Shown in pieces: positions 25,939 through 38,660 of a stretch of 64,000 bases of DNA (position 1 is the first letter of the stretch; each line of letters begins with the position of its first letter). The position numbers were made by a program, and so were the translations under genes. The stretch is from Vezdaea acicularis (lineage: Eukaryota), in assembly GCA_026025075.1 (NCBI GenBank), contig JAPEUI010000011.1, forward strand, positions 124,001-188,000. The letters are read 5' to 3'. The notes under the pieces are model-generated. The model ran no database searches. It worked only from the letters and a program-made list of their open reading frames with translations, and was not told where the DNA came from.

Positions 25939-26308
25939 AGCGACGGAGTCCTCTGCGATCCACCATCGCGGTGGCCACTGCAACATCTTCCACGCTCCTT
26001 TCCTGCGAGTTCAGCCGGTCTATGTTGGTTTCAAGGAGGACATGTCGCGCGCCACATGGATCATCATGAAGAGCGCAAGAGGCGCTCTTCCGTACGGTTA
26101 ATGGCAAGGACGGGCATAAGATTCGTGGGGAGATCTGTGCTAATTCCCTACGTGGAAAGTCTAGACATTTCTAGTCATCCTTGAACCCAATGTTTATCAA
26201 ACATCTGGCTTGAAAAGCGAAGCCGTATCAAACCGCAATGCAACACCAGAGGTCCCGCGATCATCCCTTTGTGAGCTACATCCTGAACTTGATGAGAGGA
26301 AGGCACTT

Positions 26309-28733
26309 TTAACCCACGATCTCCTCTGTCTCCTCAATTACCTCCTCGAAGATCTCCTCTACCACAGCATCCTCCTCGTCGGCCACTCCATGTGCGTCAA
26401 ATGAATCATTAATGTCCTCTGGAAGTCCCATGTCCATGCGCTCCTCACGTAACATTTCCTCTTCTTCTTGTCTCCAGGCCAACCATTCCTCGATTTGACG
26501 TCGTCGGGTGTCCACGACCGCAAGGTTAGCGGTGTCAAGCTCATATTGGTCTTCCTCCTCAAACACTCTGCTCAGCTCCCGGAGATTCTTTCGAATTTGC
26601 TTTTGCTCCTCCTTTGAAAGAAGGGTTGGTGGTCGAGGGCGCCACACCCATTGCTTCAAGCGATCAATTGGCTCTTCCCGAAGTTGCATCCCTTTGAAGT
26701 CGTATAAATGATAGCCAGTTTCCATCTGCAGGTTCAAATAAGCTTGTTTGTAACTCAAGAAACTGTTCCCCTATCATCAATCAGTCACTTACTGCGTTTT
26801 TCCACATTGATGCGCTTGTTGCCACATAACGACCAGTTGGGTCCCAGTCAATATCGGTCACACCGTAGTGCTCCGCTGTAGCCATCAACTGCAGGTTGGC
26901 GGTCAGATCTTTGTCCGTTTCTGCTCGCTCGCCCTCGAAATCCAGATCCCAGAAGTCCATATCGAAGCTCTGCTGTGAATGAACGGTAGCCACAATAACG
27001 AATCTACCCTTCGGCGACCAATAGATCCCATTGCTATTTTTCTTATCGACAGTGCGGATGTGTTTGAAATTACCGACAGATGGACCTTTTGCTTTCTCGG
27101 GGCAGAAGAAAGATACCGAGGTCTTGGGAGGTACTGCTGTTGCAGCTAACACTTCGGCGGTAGTGATCAAGACAAATCGGTCACCTTTAGGCTCCCAAGC
27201 GAAGTTGATAACAGTATCCTTTATTGAGTCCACGACTTCGACAGGAACCCCTTTCTCTCGAACGCGAAAGATTTCCAGATTCGTCGCAAGGGACTTCTTC
27301 GACTTAGAGTGCCGGTCGACTTTGACGCATAGGTAAGCAGACTGAGATTGCCAATGTAGCTTTGCATCAGATACGTTGAAGAGATTTCTTGTCCGAACAA
27401 TCTCTTTTGATGGAATACTCATGAGCCCCACTTTTGCTGGGTTACTTCCGATCTCCGGAGTCCAATAGCAGAAGAGCTGTTCATACGTCTTAACTCCATC
27501 CCGTTGCGGTGACGATGGAGACCACTCGAAATCTACAACACCCTCGATCTTAATGCCCCCTCTATCGAGTCCTTTCATGCTTGGTAATTCGTAGACAAAG
27601 ATAGCTTGGCCAGGAGTCAGTCTGGCGACGTATTTGTCGTCTGATGACCATTTGAAGGCTGGCCACGTAAGCTTACGTTTACTTGGATTACCTGCTTCAT
27701 CGGTGGGCGGACCAGGTGCATCGATATTTTTGAATGATCGAAGTGGTTTCCCTGTCTCAAGGTCCCAGATGATATAGTTTTTTTCTTCCTCTTCAGCAGT
27801 TAGGATTGGAATCCTCTCATCAAGTTGAATGGGCTTGTTTGACCAGGTTGTAATGTACTTTTCGCCCGGCGAAAAATCAACCAAATTGACGAAAGGATGG
27901 GGAAACCGTTTCAGTTTTCCCCATGATTTTCCTCCCCAAAGCTGAACTCCCTGCTGGTGCATTGATGTAAGGTAAGTCCCCATTGGCGACCACTGCACAA
28001 ATGACTCCGTCCAGAACCTCCTATCGACAATATTCTCTGGAGTGTCCCGTTTCCTATTCCAGAAAACGCCAACATTGTCGCCCCGATACATGACAAATTG
28101 ATCTCGTCCAGCAGCACCATTTGCGTCCCCTATCCACCATCGAAGATGTTCCTTTTCAGCAAATGGCTCGAGATGAGGTGGCGTGTACTCTTCGTTCACT
28201 CTGCCTTCTCGACCATAGCGATCGATGTCAGTAAGCTTGTTAAATGCAAGAGTATGCCTCCTGTCAAGCGCTGTTCCGTGCAGAGTCCTCACAGCCGCTG
28301 TCGCTTGATCGGCGTTCTCGAACTCGACAAATGCAAATCTAGAAAACAGATGATTTAGTGGTGCCCTCAATAACAGATAAGCCCGACCAACCCTTCCGTT
28401 TTGCCCTCTTCACCCAGCGGCATGTAAACCAGTTCTTCCCGTGTTCTTCCCACACTATTTAGTTTCCGCAGCAGCACCTTTATAAGCTTTGATTTGGTAT
28501 CTTCGTCAACAACAGGCAGTCCGTCAATTACTACAAAGGCGTCTAGCCCTTCTTCCAACCGAACCTCATACTGCTCTCGGAGATCTACAGGTACTGGTAT
28601 TAGCAAACCAAAGAACTCCAGCAAATTGTCTTGAGGAAATAAAGCACTACTTACCGGAGAAGTCTAGCTCTTCGTCTTCGTCTTCGTCATATGAATCGTC
28701 CTCCTCCGGTAAATCCTCAAAGCTTGGGGCCAT
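26309..28733 (-). CDS. PRT1: Eukaryotic translation initiation factor 3 subunit B
   Basis: MAPSFEDL start, RRM ([16 protein letters not shown]), beta-propeller ([24 protein letters not shown]) and C-terminal [17 protein letters not shown]. Introns near 28652, 28391 and 26790. Confidence 0.96.
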
Positions 28734-29347
28734 GCTTGTTTGCTGGATCGGTAAACGAGAGGATTCTAAGACAGATCGGCTCAAAACATATCAAGGAAAA
28801 TTCTAGGCTCCTGAATGAACTAACAGTCTACGTAAGCAGAGGTAGATTTTTTTGATCGCTACGCCAGAGTCGTAAAAGTGAGTTGATAAAGGCAAGACCT
28901 AAACTTTTCGCAGTCCTCGCTAAAATCTTGGCATGGCACGACATGGATTATTCCGCCGAAACGTGCACTCGGCTAGCCACTTATAGGATCCTTCTAGAGT
29001 CGCGATGGCCCGCTGATCGCATGGTGCGAAACAACCACAAGCCACTTCGCGCAAATCGTTACCAGCCTTTGCTACCAGACATCTCTTGTCCCCTAGGGTC
29101 TGAAGACTTTACAAGCGCATCTGCCTCCACTTTTCTGGTAACGTAGAGCTCAGTGGTCTATAAGCTTATACTTTACATCACAACTAGAACAACGGGGCTG
29201 CCTCACCGTGGATCGCGTCGCTAAGGCCTTCTCGGCTTCAGCCGCCGCTACGAAGATTGAGGATACTGTGGTTGGCCTAACATCACTCGAGCACAGCCCT
29301 TTGTATTGGTGAATTGAGCAGGAAGTCTATAGTATCTAACGTCCACT

Positions 29348-30441
29348 ATGTCATCACGTATGTTTATGCTAGATTCTGCATGGTCTCATGTTGGAAGCAC
29401 GTAAGCTCATATCAAGATTTTCAGTCCCCCCAGAGGTCGAAGCGTCGTACGCGACGATCATTGATTCCATACTTGCTGCAAGTGATATCAATACGATCTC
29501 AGCAAAGCAAATTCGAAAGGGTTTACAACAAGCAGTTCACTATGATTTAACCCCTCAGAAGGTATGTCACGGTGGGGAACGTAGCGCCAGGCCAATGCTG
29601 AAGAATGTTCACCGTAGGCTCTCATCAATGAACTAATTATCTCCCGCTTTGATAAGTACAACAGCAACAAGTCCGCGGCCAATGACTCCAGTGAGGATAG
29701 AATTGCGGTAAATGGACATTCGTCCGACCATAAGCGCGTAAAGCGAGAGCCTGCCCAGGAAGCCTCACCACCAACTTCAGGAGTATATCGTGAGGAAGAC
29801 AATTATGAAAATGGCGTGTCAGACGCCGATGTAGAGAGGCCTTCAAAGTCACCAAAAAAGAAGCGAAAACTGGAGACGGTTGACGAGGATGCCCGGCTAG
29901 CAGCGAAGCTGCAGGCCTTAGAAAACCAGAATGCTAGAGCGACACGTGGAGGAGGCCCAAGAGCAGCTCCCATAAAGAAGAAGCGGAGTCCCATAAAGAA
30001 AAGCAAGGACTTCATAAACGCGGACGAGGATAGTGATGTTGATTCTGAATTGGGTTCTGATAAAAAAAGGAAAGTAAACCGATCTGGAGGTTTTCATGTG
30101 AGTCTTAATGTACTACGCTTGACCGGCCTTCATGAGCTTACCAGTTGAAGAAACCTTTCAACTTGTCAGCAGCGCTTTCACAGCTGCTCGAAGGTGAAAC
30201 TGCCGTGAGTAAATAAGTCCACATATTCGAGACTTGACTCACGTTGTGTTCGTAGTTATCACGCCCGGAAGTTGTCAAAAGGATTTGGGCATATGTCAAA
30301 GAACGAGGGCTGCAGAATCCAAACGACAAGCGCTATATTGAGTGTGATGCTGCCCTTAAGACAGTCTTCAAGCAAGACAAGGTTCATATGTTTACGATGA
30401 ACAAATTACTAAGCCAGCACTTATATCCTCAAGACGAATAA
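29348..30441 (+). CDS. DEK-C + SWIB/MDM2 domain protein (Tri1/Uaf30/Spp27-like)
   Basis: Spliced MSSLPPEVEASYATIIDSIL..TISAKQIRKGLQ (DEK-C), then GGFHKPFNLSAALSQLL..LSRPEVVKRIWAYVKERGLQNPNDKRYIECDAALKTVF..VHMFTMNKLLSQHLY (SWIB). TAA at 30439-30441. Confidence 0.9.
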
Positions 30442-31294
30442 TCGATACACTACTTTCAATAAAGTAAAGTGACTGTCTGATTAAAATTCTACTGGAAGCA
30501 AGCTTAGACCTTCAATGATGGACGCATGCAATGTCGTTAAAAAGGAGCATGACAGTGATCGATTCCAATCTTTAATCTGAACTCTTGATACCCAGCAGGC
30601 CGAAGGCCGCTATGAATTTGTACATATATCACTTGGCGTTCATGGGAGCCTCATTCAAGGGGATACCTACAGCTTCATCTAGCAAAATTATCTATAAGGG
30701 CTGGAATCTGGGTATACGGGGGCTGCAGCTCTCGGGCAAGAAGTGACGATGCTATTTGATAGCGCTGCATATTGCGAGTACTTTTCTTAGGCCATTGCGC
30801 GGTCCAACAAAATGAAACCGAAATTTTAGAACAGTGAACTGAGAACAAGTCTTGTGGACTGGAGCAATACAATCGTTGTAGCTTACTAATGTCTTCCGTA
30901 GGCTGATACTAGGCTGAATGTTGACCAATTAAGCGATATCCTCTTTGACATGACGCATCGCTGGAACATTCTCGCCAAGCCTTCGAGAACTCCACTGCGG
31001 AATATCTGAGCCGTTCGGTGGTGCCCTAGCAGGCCTGGGGGTGAGTAACTTGTCTAAGCCCCACTTTCAACGTCTCCCTTTAAGTAGTGTGACTGCTCTC
31101 AATGACATATATTGAAGACGTCCCTAGTATATCTCAATTCCCAAAATTCCTCCTTCCTTCACTTAAGACTACCAACCAAAAAGCCCTGAGTAACAAACGC
31201 TCATTTCAAGTTGAATACAACATTGAGGAAGATTACGTTGATTACTACGACAGCAGTAATTTATTTCATTCAAGTACATCGTTCTGTTGCTGCA

Positions 31295-33708
31295 ATGAGC
31301 GCCCCTCCATCTACGGAGCCGTCACGCGGAGGGATTATGATCGAGGAAAACGGGGGCGGGGAGAGAACTGTGGGTGACAATAGAGCTCGTGGTGGAAGGA
31401 AATCTGGACGTAATTGGGGACGAGGGCGAGGAGCCCGTGGAAGTAGCGGAATTGAGAATGGTGCACGACCCGGAACACAACCCTTTACGATGAACCAGCG
31501 CAAGCCGGGCTCGGTTCCTTCCGATAGAGTCTCTCCATCTCTAGGGCGCGGGCAGGTTCCAGAGTTAGGTAAACCTCAATCAGAGGCTTCTGGGGATATC
31601 GAAGCGGAAGTGTGCTTTATATGCGCTTCGCCCGTTCAGCATACTGCAGTATCTCCGTGTAATCACCGGACGTGCCATATCTGTGCATTAAGACTAAGGG
31701 CACTTTATAAGACGAGAGCTTGCGCTCACTGTCGGGTACGTGTGTTGCTCGGTTCGAACTATAGATCATTACTAACATCAATCGTCCTCAGACAGAGGCG
31801 CAATACGTCATTTTCACTGACGACGCCACGAAACGTTATGAAGATTTCACAGATGCAGACTTTGCTAGAATAGATCAGAATATCGGAGTCAAATACGAGA
31901 ATACGGAGATTTATGAAGATACGGTACTTTTGCTACGATACATTTGTCCAGAGGAAAGTTGTGATGTTGCCTGTTTAGGATGGCCTGATCTACATAGACA
32001 TGTTCGTTCCGTTCACCAGAAAGTCATGTGGTAAGTCTTAGCTTCTCCTTAAGCTTATTCATTTTTGCTTACTCTGGGCAGTGATCTATGTGCTCGTAAC
32101 AAGAAAGTCTTCACTCATGAGCATGAGCTTTTCACACCGTCTGAGCTTCGGAAACATGAGAAATTTGGAGATGATCATCCTGGAGCTGTAGATCAAACTG
32201 GTTTCAAAGGGCATCCAGAATGTGGCTTCTGCCGCCAACGATTTTACGGCGATGATGAGCTCTATGCTCATTGTCGTGATAAACATGAGAGGTGCCATAT
32301 TTGTGACAGACGCAATCCAGGACGCCGCCCCCAGTATTACGTGAATTATGATTCCCTCGAGGCTCACTTCAGGAAAGATCATTTCTTGTGCTCCGAGAAG
32401 GAATGTCTGGAGAAAAAGTTCGTCGTCTTTGACTCGGAAATTGATCTCAAAGCTCACCAACTTGAGGTTCACCCCTCCGGACTGTCCAAAGACGCCAGGA
32501 GAGATGCTCGAAGAATCGACATGTCAGGATTTGATTATCGGGCCCCTCACCAGCTGGAGGGGCGAGGTGGAAGAGAAGGGCGTGGACGAGGGCGTGGTAG
32601 AGATCCAAACACTGAGCCTATTCCTCAGTCAACAGCGCAACCCCTTCGACGCGACGAACTTGCTTATCAAAGGCAGATGGCTATTCAAAGCGCACAAAAC
32701 ATAGCGCCTCGTTCCTTTGGCGGCCGGCTGACTTCCGAAGATGTCCACCAAGCCCGAGATGAGATCAGGGCGAGTGAAAGAGAGAACAACCGTTCAACCA
32801 CTACAACTACAACCCCCCCCCCTAGACCGTTGCCGCAAAATGTTTCGCCACCTGGTACAATATTACCACCAACTCACGCCCCAACGCCCGAGGAACAGGC
32901 CCGTCAATTACGACACGCGTCAGTCACAGAACGCGCCACGAGGATGTCGCAAAACGACTCATCGACACTGGATGAATTTAGAGCTAAGATATCCTCTTAC
33001 AAAACCTCCCAAATCTCTGCAAGTGGATTAATCGAGTCTTTCTCTTCTCTTTTCAATACCACAGCCAATGATTTGGGTATATTGATAAAGGAGCTTGCAG
33101 AGATCTTTGAGAATGAAAGTAAACGCCGCAATCTTCTGAAGGCTTGGAACGACTGGCGGGCAATCAACGAGGACTATCCGGCCCTTCCTGAAGGTATACC
33201 TTCCACTACATCTTCCGCCTCATGGGGCGGTGGCACTCGAGTACTACGGCTGAAAAGCTCTACCGCGCAATCATCTCGATCAACAACAAATAGAAATAGC
33301 AGCTGGGGTACTGCGGGCGCCGCAAGTCCCTTACCGTCCGCGACAAGCGCGTCAGCGCAACGTACTGGTGCAGGTGGTCAGGTCACTACACCTTGGATTA
33401 AGTCAAACTCCAATCGCCCATCGCCAGCTACGTCTCGCCCTGCTTCAAGACCGCCAAATGAAAGAGCCCCAGAAAAAGCAACAGAGGCATTTCCGGCGCT
33501 TCCAGTTGCAGCGAAGCCAGGAATCAACTTCGGTTACGGTCTCGGACCCAGGGGCGCGGCCAATGGAACCCCTTGGAGCATCTCGGCGACCAATTCACAA
33601 TCTGCTAGTGCAGCTGGCAGTGAGAGCGAAAGTTGGCCGAGAGATGATGCGGCCGATAAGCGGAAAGGCAAGAAAAGCAAGAAGCAGGTTCTGTATCATT
33701 TTGGTTGA
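31295..33708 (+). CDS. HEL2: RING/C2H2 E3 ubiquitin ligase Hel2/ZNF598 (ribosome quality control)
   Basis: RING CFICA..PCNHRTCHICALRLRALYKTRACAHCR, GFKGHPECGFC..FYGDDELYAHCRDKHERCHIC and C-terminal KKSKKQVLYHFG. Two introns. Confidence 0.93.
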
Positions 33709-36428
33709 CCCGCAGCTTTTGGAGATCATCACGCATTCCTCGTGTTGGGTCTAGCGATGGCGTTGCGAGGATACCATATGCTCGATCTATGGCTGGGGTC
33801 ATTCGGGTAGTTTAAACAAAGGGTAGAGTCTCTCAATAGAATACACTGGCTTCACGTAGAGTTAAACGCGATTTTCAGCCCTATTCCTAGGCTTGTGCTG
33901 GGGGTGAAAAGGATAAACAATGCTAAAGGTAACTTACCTTATATGAACATTGCAATTGTAAGAGATCAGTCCATATTTTGATGAATTAATTAAACGTTGG
34001 CTGACTGAAATCCCGACGTTCTCCCCTCGATATGGATTATATGGTTAAATTGCCCACCCATAGCCTGTGTCCTACGTCTAACCCATGATGAAGTTTCGGT
34101 CGAGTCAAGCGTGACAGGGAATTACAATTCTTCACAAGCGGTATCTTGACACAATTGTCGAACCCATGATTGAGAAACGAGGAAACATATAAATTGAGAT
34201 TATTCTATTTTGAGCTTCCTCTTGGTTACTTTATGCACGTGTAGGTTAGGGTTCAGTCACGGGATCCCTTCTCTACTGGGAAGTTACGGAGGTACTTTTT
34301 CCACACCAACCCTCAATTGTGTCACAGAAAATCTGCTGCAACAACGAAAAACTCATTTACTAAAAGAGAAAATACCGCCGTGGGGCCTGTGACATCTCTC
34401 CACCCACATGGGTAACATAATCGAGGAAACTCTACAACCAATTCTCGAAATACCCGGTGATCGCATTGGCCACCGGCCTAGAGTAGCAGTCGAGTGCGTG
34501 GGGACACTATTGAAAAAAAAAGATTCCTTCCTCCTGCTGTCTTCAGCCAACGCTACGTATGATCCTCCCGTCTTTTCTGTGTTCAGCTTTCGAAGGCTTT
34601 CATGAAGTACCGCTAAGGGTCTGGGCTCGATAGCGTTGTCAGGACGGAGATGGATTTGCCAGAACAGCCTGAGAGCTGAGCCATGGTTTCGTCAGTCACT
34701 GCCAAGCATAGAGCCAATTACGCAGGCAACGCAGAGGAAAGGTTTAGTGCCTGTGCGGCTAAGAGGCCCCGAAAGCCCTTCTATGCACGTCTGGAATCTC
34801 CCGCATTCTTTCCTACGTGAACATTTTCGGAGAAAGACTATGACCATTCGAGCGACCAACAGCAAGAACTCTGACGATGCACGTACCGAAAAACTTCACT
34901 GTGGGAGAGCAACCGAAGTCGCTTGGCCCGGTTTTCGCCTCGTGCCGCTTCGCGCGTGGCATGCCGCTTTTCTGGGCAAAGATTGCACGTCTGCACGGCA
35001 TGACTGGCGGACTAACGAAGTGTCAATTGGATGATCCGGCCCAGGCCTTTTCGGTGCTTGCGAATCGAAGCAGGACGGCTTAGTCCACCTGGCTTTCGAC
35101 TACGATCCCATTCGCCAATCGAGCGGTAAATCTGGGGGAAACATGGGGTCTTCTTCCAGCCATCTTACTGGATAAAGCATGAGGCCGGCTCTGTACCTTA
35201 CGCCACTTTTCTCCATCTTTTTTCGGTTTTTTGCTTCCTATCAGCCCGCGGCGACTCGGACGAAGGGCTAATCATGGGCGCATGGCTGGAGAAACAGAGC
35301 AGGATTCAGCATCACACCATCTCTGGCCATCTTTCCTCAAAAATTTTCCACACACTCTCGGTAGGGTGTCAAGCAGAAAGGTTGTCGCAGATTCTGCTGT
35401 TCGAATGAAGCCGAGATGTCGAGTCCAAACTCTGATAAGGCCAATTTTCGACATTCCATGACCGCCCTGGCAATATTCTCCGTACAAGTTGATGGCTCTG
35501 CACCACAAGCCACCAGAGTGCAATCCGGCTGAATGCTACAGTAGCTTTCTTGAAGCGCGCGGAAGAGATTGGGTGACCACGCGCACAGGCCACGTTCTGA
35601 ATGCCTGCTGCATGCCGATCCGTGCCTGACTACTGATCAACCGTCCAAAGGGAATATGCTCGATAGAGGAAGTAAGTGCACACCAACTCAGTACCTCAAC
35701 AGCGCGGCACATCTGACGGCGATTTGGCAGACCAGATGGCAGGTAGTGAATAACGGGTTCCCGGTTCGCGGTACTGCCGTTATCTGCTTGAAGCAAAGCA
35801 AGATGAGGCTGAAATAGGCCTTAACAGCTCGTAGATCGGGCCAAGGGCTTACGTAGATGTTCAGGACTCTAACGTCTGAAGCAGATGTTTCTATCGACAG
35901 ATACGAGAAAGAACGTCGATCGCACGAATGCCATAATCACGTGAGTACGGCCTTGCTCGAATCAGGATCGGAACAGGATTGGTCGGCCACGAAGAGATAA
36001 TGCAGGTCATTCGAGACGGCTCGTTTCACGCCACGCACGGAGGGAGGACGGCAACGGCAATCACCCCCCGCAGCAGGCAGAGGAAGAATGCCAAGCTTTT
36101 CTTTGCTGCAGGGCTGCTTCATTTTTGGCCACCGTACGGTCAAGATGCAAATGGTCGGTCCGGGATTATGGTGCAGGTCCTAGGAAGAACGGAATGCATA
36201 GAACATCGCCTCGTGCGTAGTCCCTCTCATCGGATTGATACAGATGCCCGCTCGCCACGGGTGACGGACAGGCTTCCCTGCAGGAGAATCTCGTGGAACG
36301 GATGCAAGCTGTGGTGTCCGTGTTTCGGCAGGGTTTCTCATCGATCTCGCAAAGGCTGAAGTCGAAGCCATGCTAGACTATTACTCGGCATCCTTTCTCC
36401 GTCCGCGGCTTCTTGAAGCCACGCGATT

Positions 36429-36468
36429 GTCCTCAGTCCTCGGTCCTCAGTCCTCAGTCCTCAGTCCT
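36429..36468 (+). repeat. Imperfect 7-bp tandem repeat (GTCCTCA/G)
   Basis: gtcctca gtcctcg gtcctca gtcctca gtcctca gtcct read directly. Confidence 0.85.
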
Positions 36469-38174
36469 ATGCATGACTTCGATCGGCCGCTCTCTCTCGG
36501 CACGGGCAGCCATCGCAGAGGGTTAGAACCGACGTCGCACGTGCGGCAGGGGCTCGCGGACGGCTCCCCAGTGCACGCCACATGCGGGGCACGGTAGCAG
36601 CAACGTTGGCGTGTCGTTAGGCGGGGCAGAGAAATTTCTTCACTCGCCTAAGTCGTCTGGAGGGTTAACAAGAACGCTGGGCATGCTCAAGACGCCGCGC
36701 CCCTCCTTCACCAATTGACTTTGAGTTTGACTTTGGCTTTGAGCGCCGGTGCCGTTCCGTCTGTCAGGGACGGCACTGACAGCGAGCAGCCAGCGACGCT
36801 CTCGCCCGCGACTGGACGGCGACCGAGCTCCTCCGTGCGAAGGGGGCGGGCGGCGAAGGTGCAGCGTGCGATCCCAGATCTGGCTGCAACGCTAATTGAG
36901 CCGCGATCGGGGTTTCCGATCCTTCGGCCGCACGCTAACGGCCTCCCCACCACCGACACAACAACGACAACGCGCCCTCTGCCCGCCCGTCAGTCCCATC
37001 AAGCCTTCGCAGGATGAATAGACGTCGTCCAGCCGCGAGCGATGGCCTCCCTTCTCCAATATGACGAGATCGCACCAGTACTTTATCCGCACGCCCCCAA
37101 CCCGGCATTGTCTTGGTCGCCCAGCGTGGAACTACTGTAGCTCGTCGCCCGGCCTTTTTTGCTTTCTGCTTGCTGCAGAACATTGGGCAAAAAGGTGGGG
37201 AGGGGCACACCAGCCAAGAGCAGAAACTCGACGCCACACAACGGCCTTTTTCATCCAGCCGAAAAGTATCCTGCCCGTCCCATTCGCCGTGTCGTCGACG
37301 GGATTGTCCTCCGTCGTGCGGATGCGTGCCAGACAGAGGCTACGAGGTGTGCTCGGGGGAATTGGAGACGAGTTGATCCGCCAGACATGGTCTCTGGCTG
37401 TTCCCGATCAGCGGTGAACCAGTGTATCTCGGATAAGGAATGGGGCCGCATCGCCTCTGAACACTCAACACGAACGACGCGAGAAGGACGGAGGGAGCGA
37501 GCAGAGAGCAGAGAGCAGGAAGTAGAGAGCATCTCCGCCGACAGCGCCGTCTCAAAGTCCTTCGCTCGAACGTGGCTCTCTGTTGATTCCAGCCGGCATT
37601 TAACCCGCCGGCTTGCGCGACTAGCGTCGAACTATCAATTCCGTCATTCCCCTTGGCCGGCCGGTGGGTTCTGGCCGCAACAGCACTAGTCTCTGTGCGG
37701 GGAGACCGCTGGTGCTGCGCAGCTGTCGCAAAGGGGGCATGGGAGAGCTCGTGGATCCTGCAATCAACGATGCAAGCCACCTGCAGACCCATCCCGACCT
37801 CCACGCCGTTTTCTTTCCTTTTCCACCTCGAGCTGGGGCTGGCGAGACGGCACAGAACCCTCGTCGTCGACCCATGGCTGGTCCGGCCATTCAGCCATTC
37901 ATTTGTCTTTGGAGATGCCGGCGCTGAAACCTCGCCATGCGACGGAATACTTGAACGACCGTCTCCCTCACCTTCTAGACATTTTGGAGCAGACGTCTAA
38001 CAGCTCTCCGTCTCCGGAACACTCTCGGGCTTGGCCAACTCATATCGTGGGACTCTCATTGTGGGAGACTGCTTCGTTCACTAATACTACCCTGCATCGT
38101 ACCTCCCTCCATTCGGCCCTAACTACCTCCACCTTTCCCACTATCGCGAGCTTCACTGCCCAGCACATCTCCCT

Positions 38175-38660
38175 TGACGGTTGATATCTCGCGAGACTCA
38201 ATTGATCATGACGAACAGCTCGGCCCTCCTCGGCCACCCGCCAAATACACAGCGTGATGTTTATATCCTGCACTACCTCTTCAAGGGCAAGGTCCCCAAG
38301 ATTGCCCCGCCCCCAGGATACGTCTATGAGACGCGAGGCCCCGGGATGGCCGCCGGCATCTCCGTCGCCATCTTCCTCGTGTTGCTTTTCACCAGCGCAA
38401 GACTCTCGGTTCGAATTTTCCACAAGAGGATGAAGTTCGGCGCTGATGACTGGTTCATCATTCCTGCGGCAGTAAGTGACTCTTCCCTTTCCTCTGGCAT
38501 TCAGAAGAGCATATGCCGTCTGCTTGTCTCATGAGACGCGAGCTGGATGGCAAGGAGGCGATGAAGCATGTAAAGCACCACGCTGTGTATTTGGCGGGTG
38601 GCCGAGGAGGGCCGAGCTGTTCGTCATGATCAATTGAGTCTCGCGAGATGTCAACCGTCA
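38175..38660. repeat. Long inverted repeat: 38175-38256 vs 38579-38660 (82 bp, 2 arms, 1 mismatch) plus ~25 bp degenerate inward extension
   Basis: The reverse complement of 38579-38660 equals 38175-38256 except T/C at 38185, which is a G-U pair in plus-strand RNA. Confidence 0.97.

Noticed and set aside
23800..26300. Numerous 60-140 aa ORFs upstream of the orphan gene
   Set aside because: No motifs, no coherent exon chain; treated as regulatory or intergenic.
34244..34253. GGTTAGGGTT telomere-like 10-mer
   Set aside because: Isolated, not a tandem array; a minus-strand RNA from here would run into HEL2 within ~500 nt, and no supporting structure was seen.
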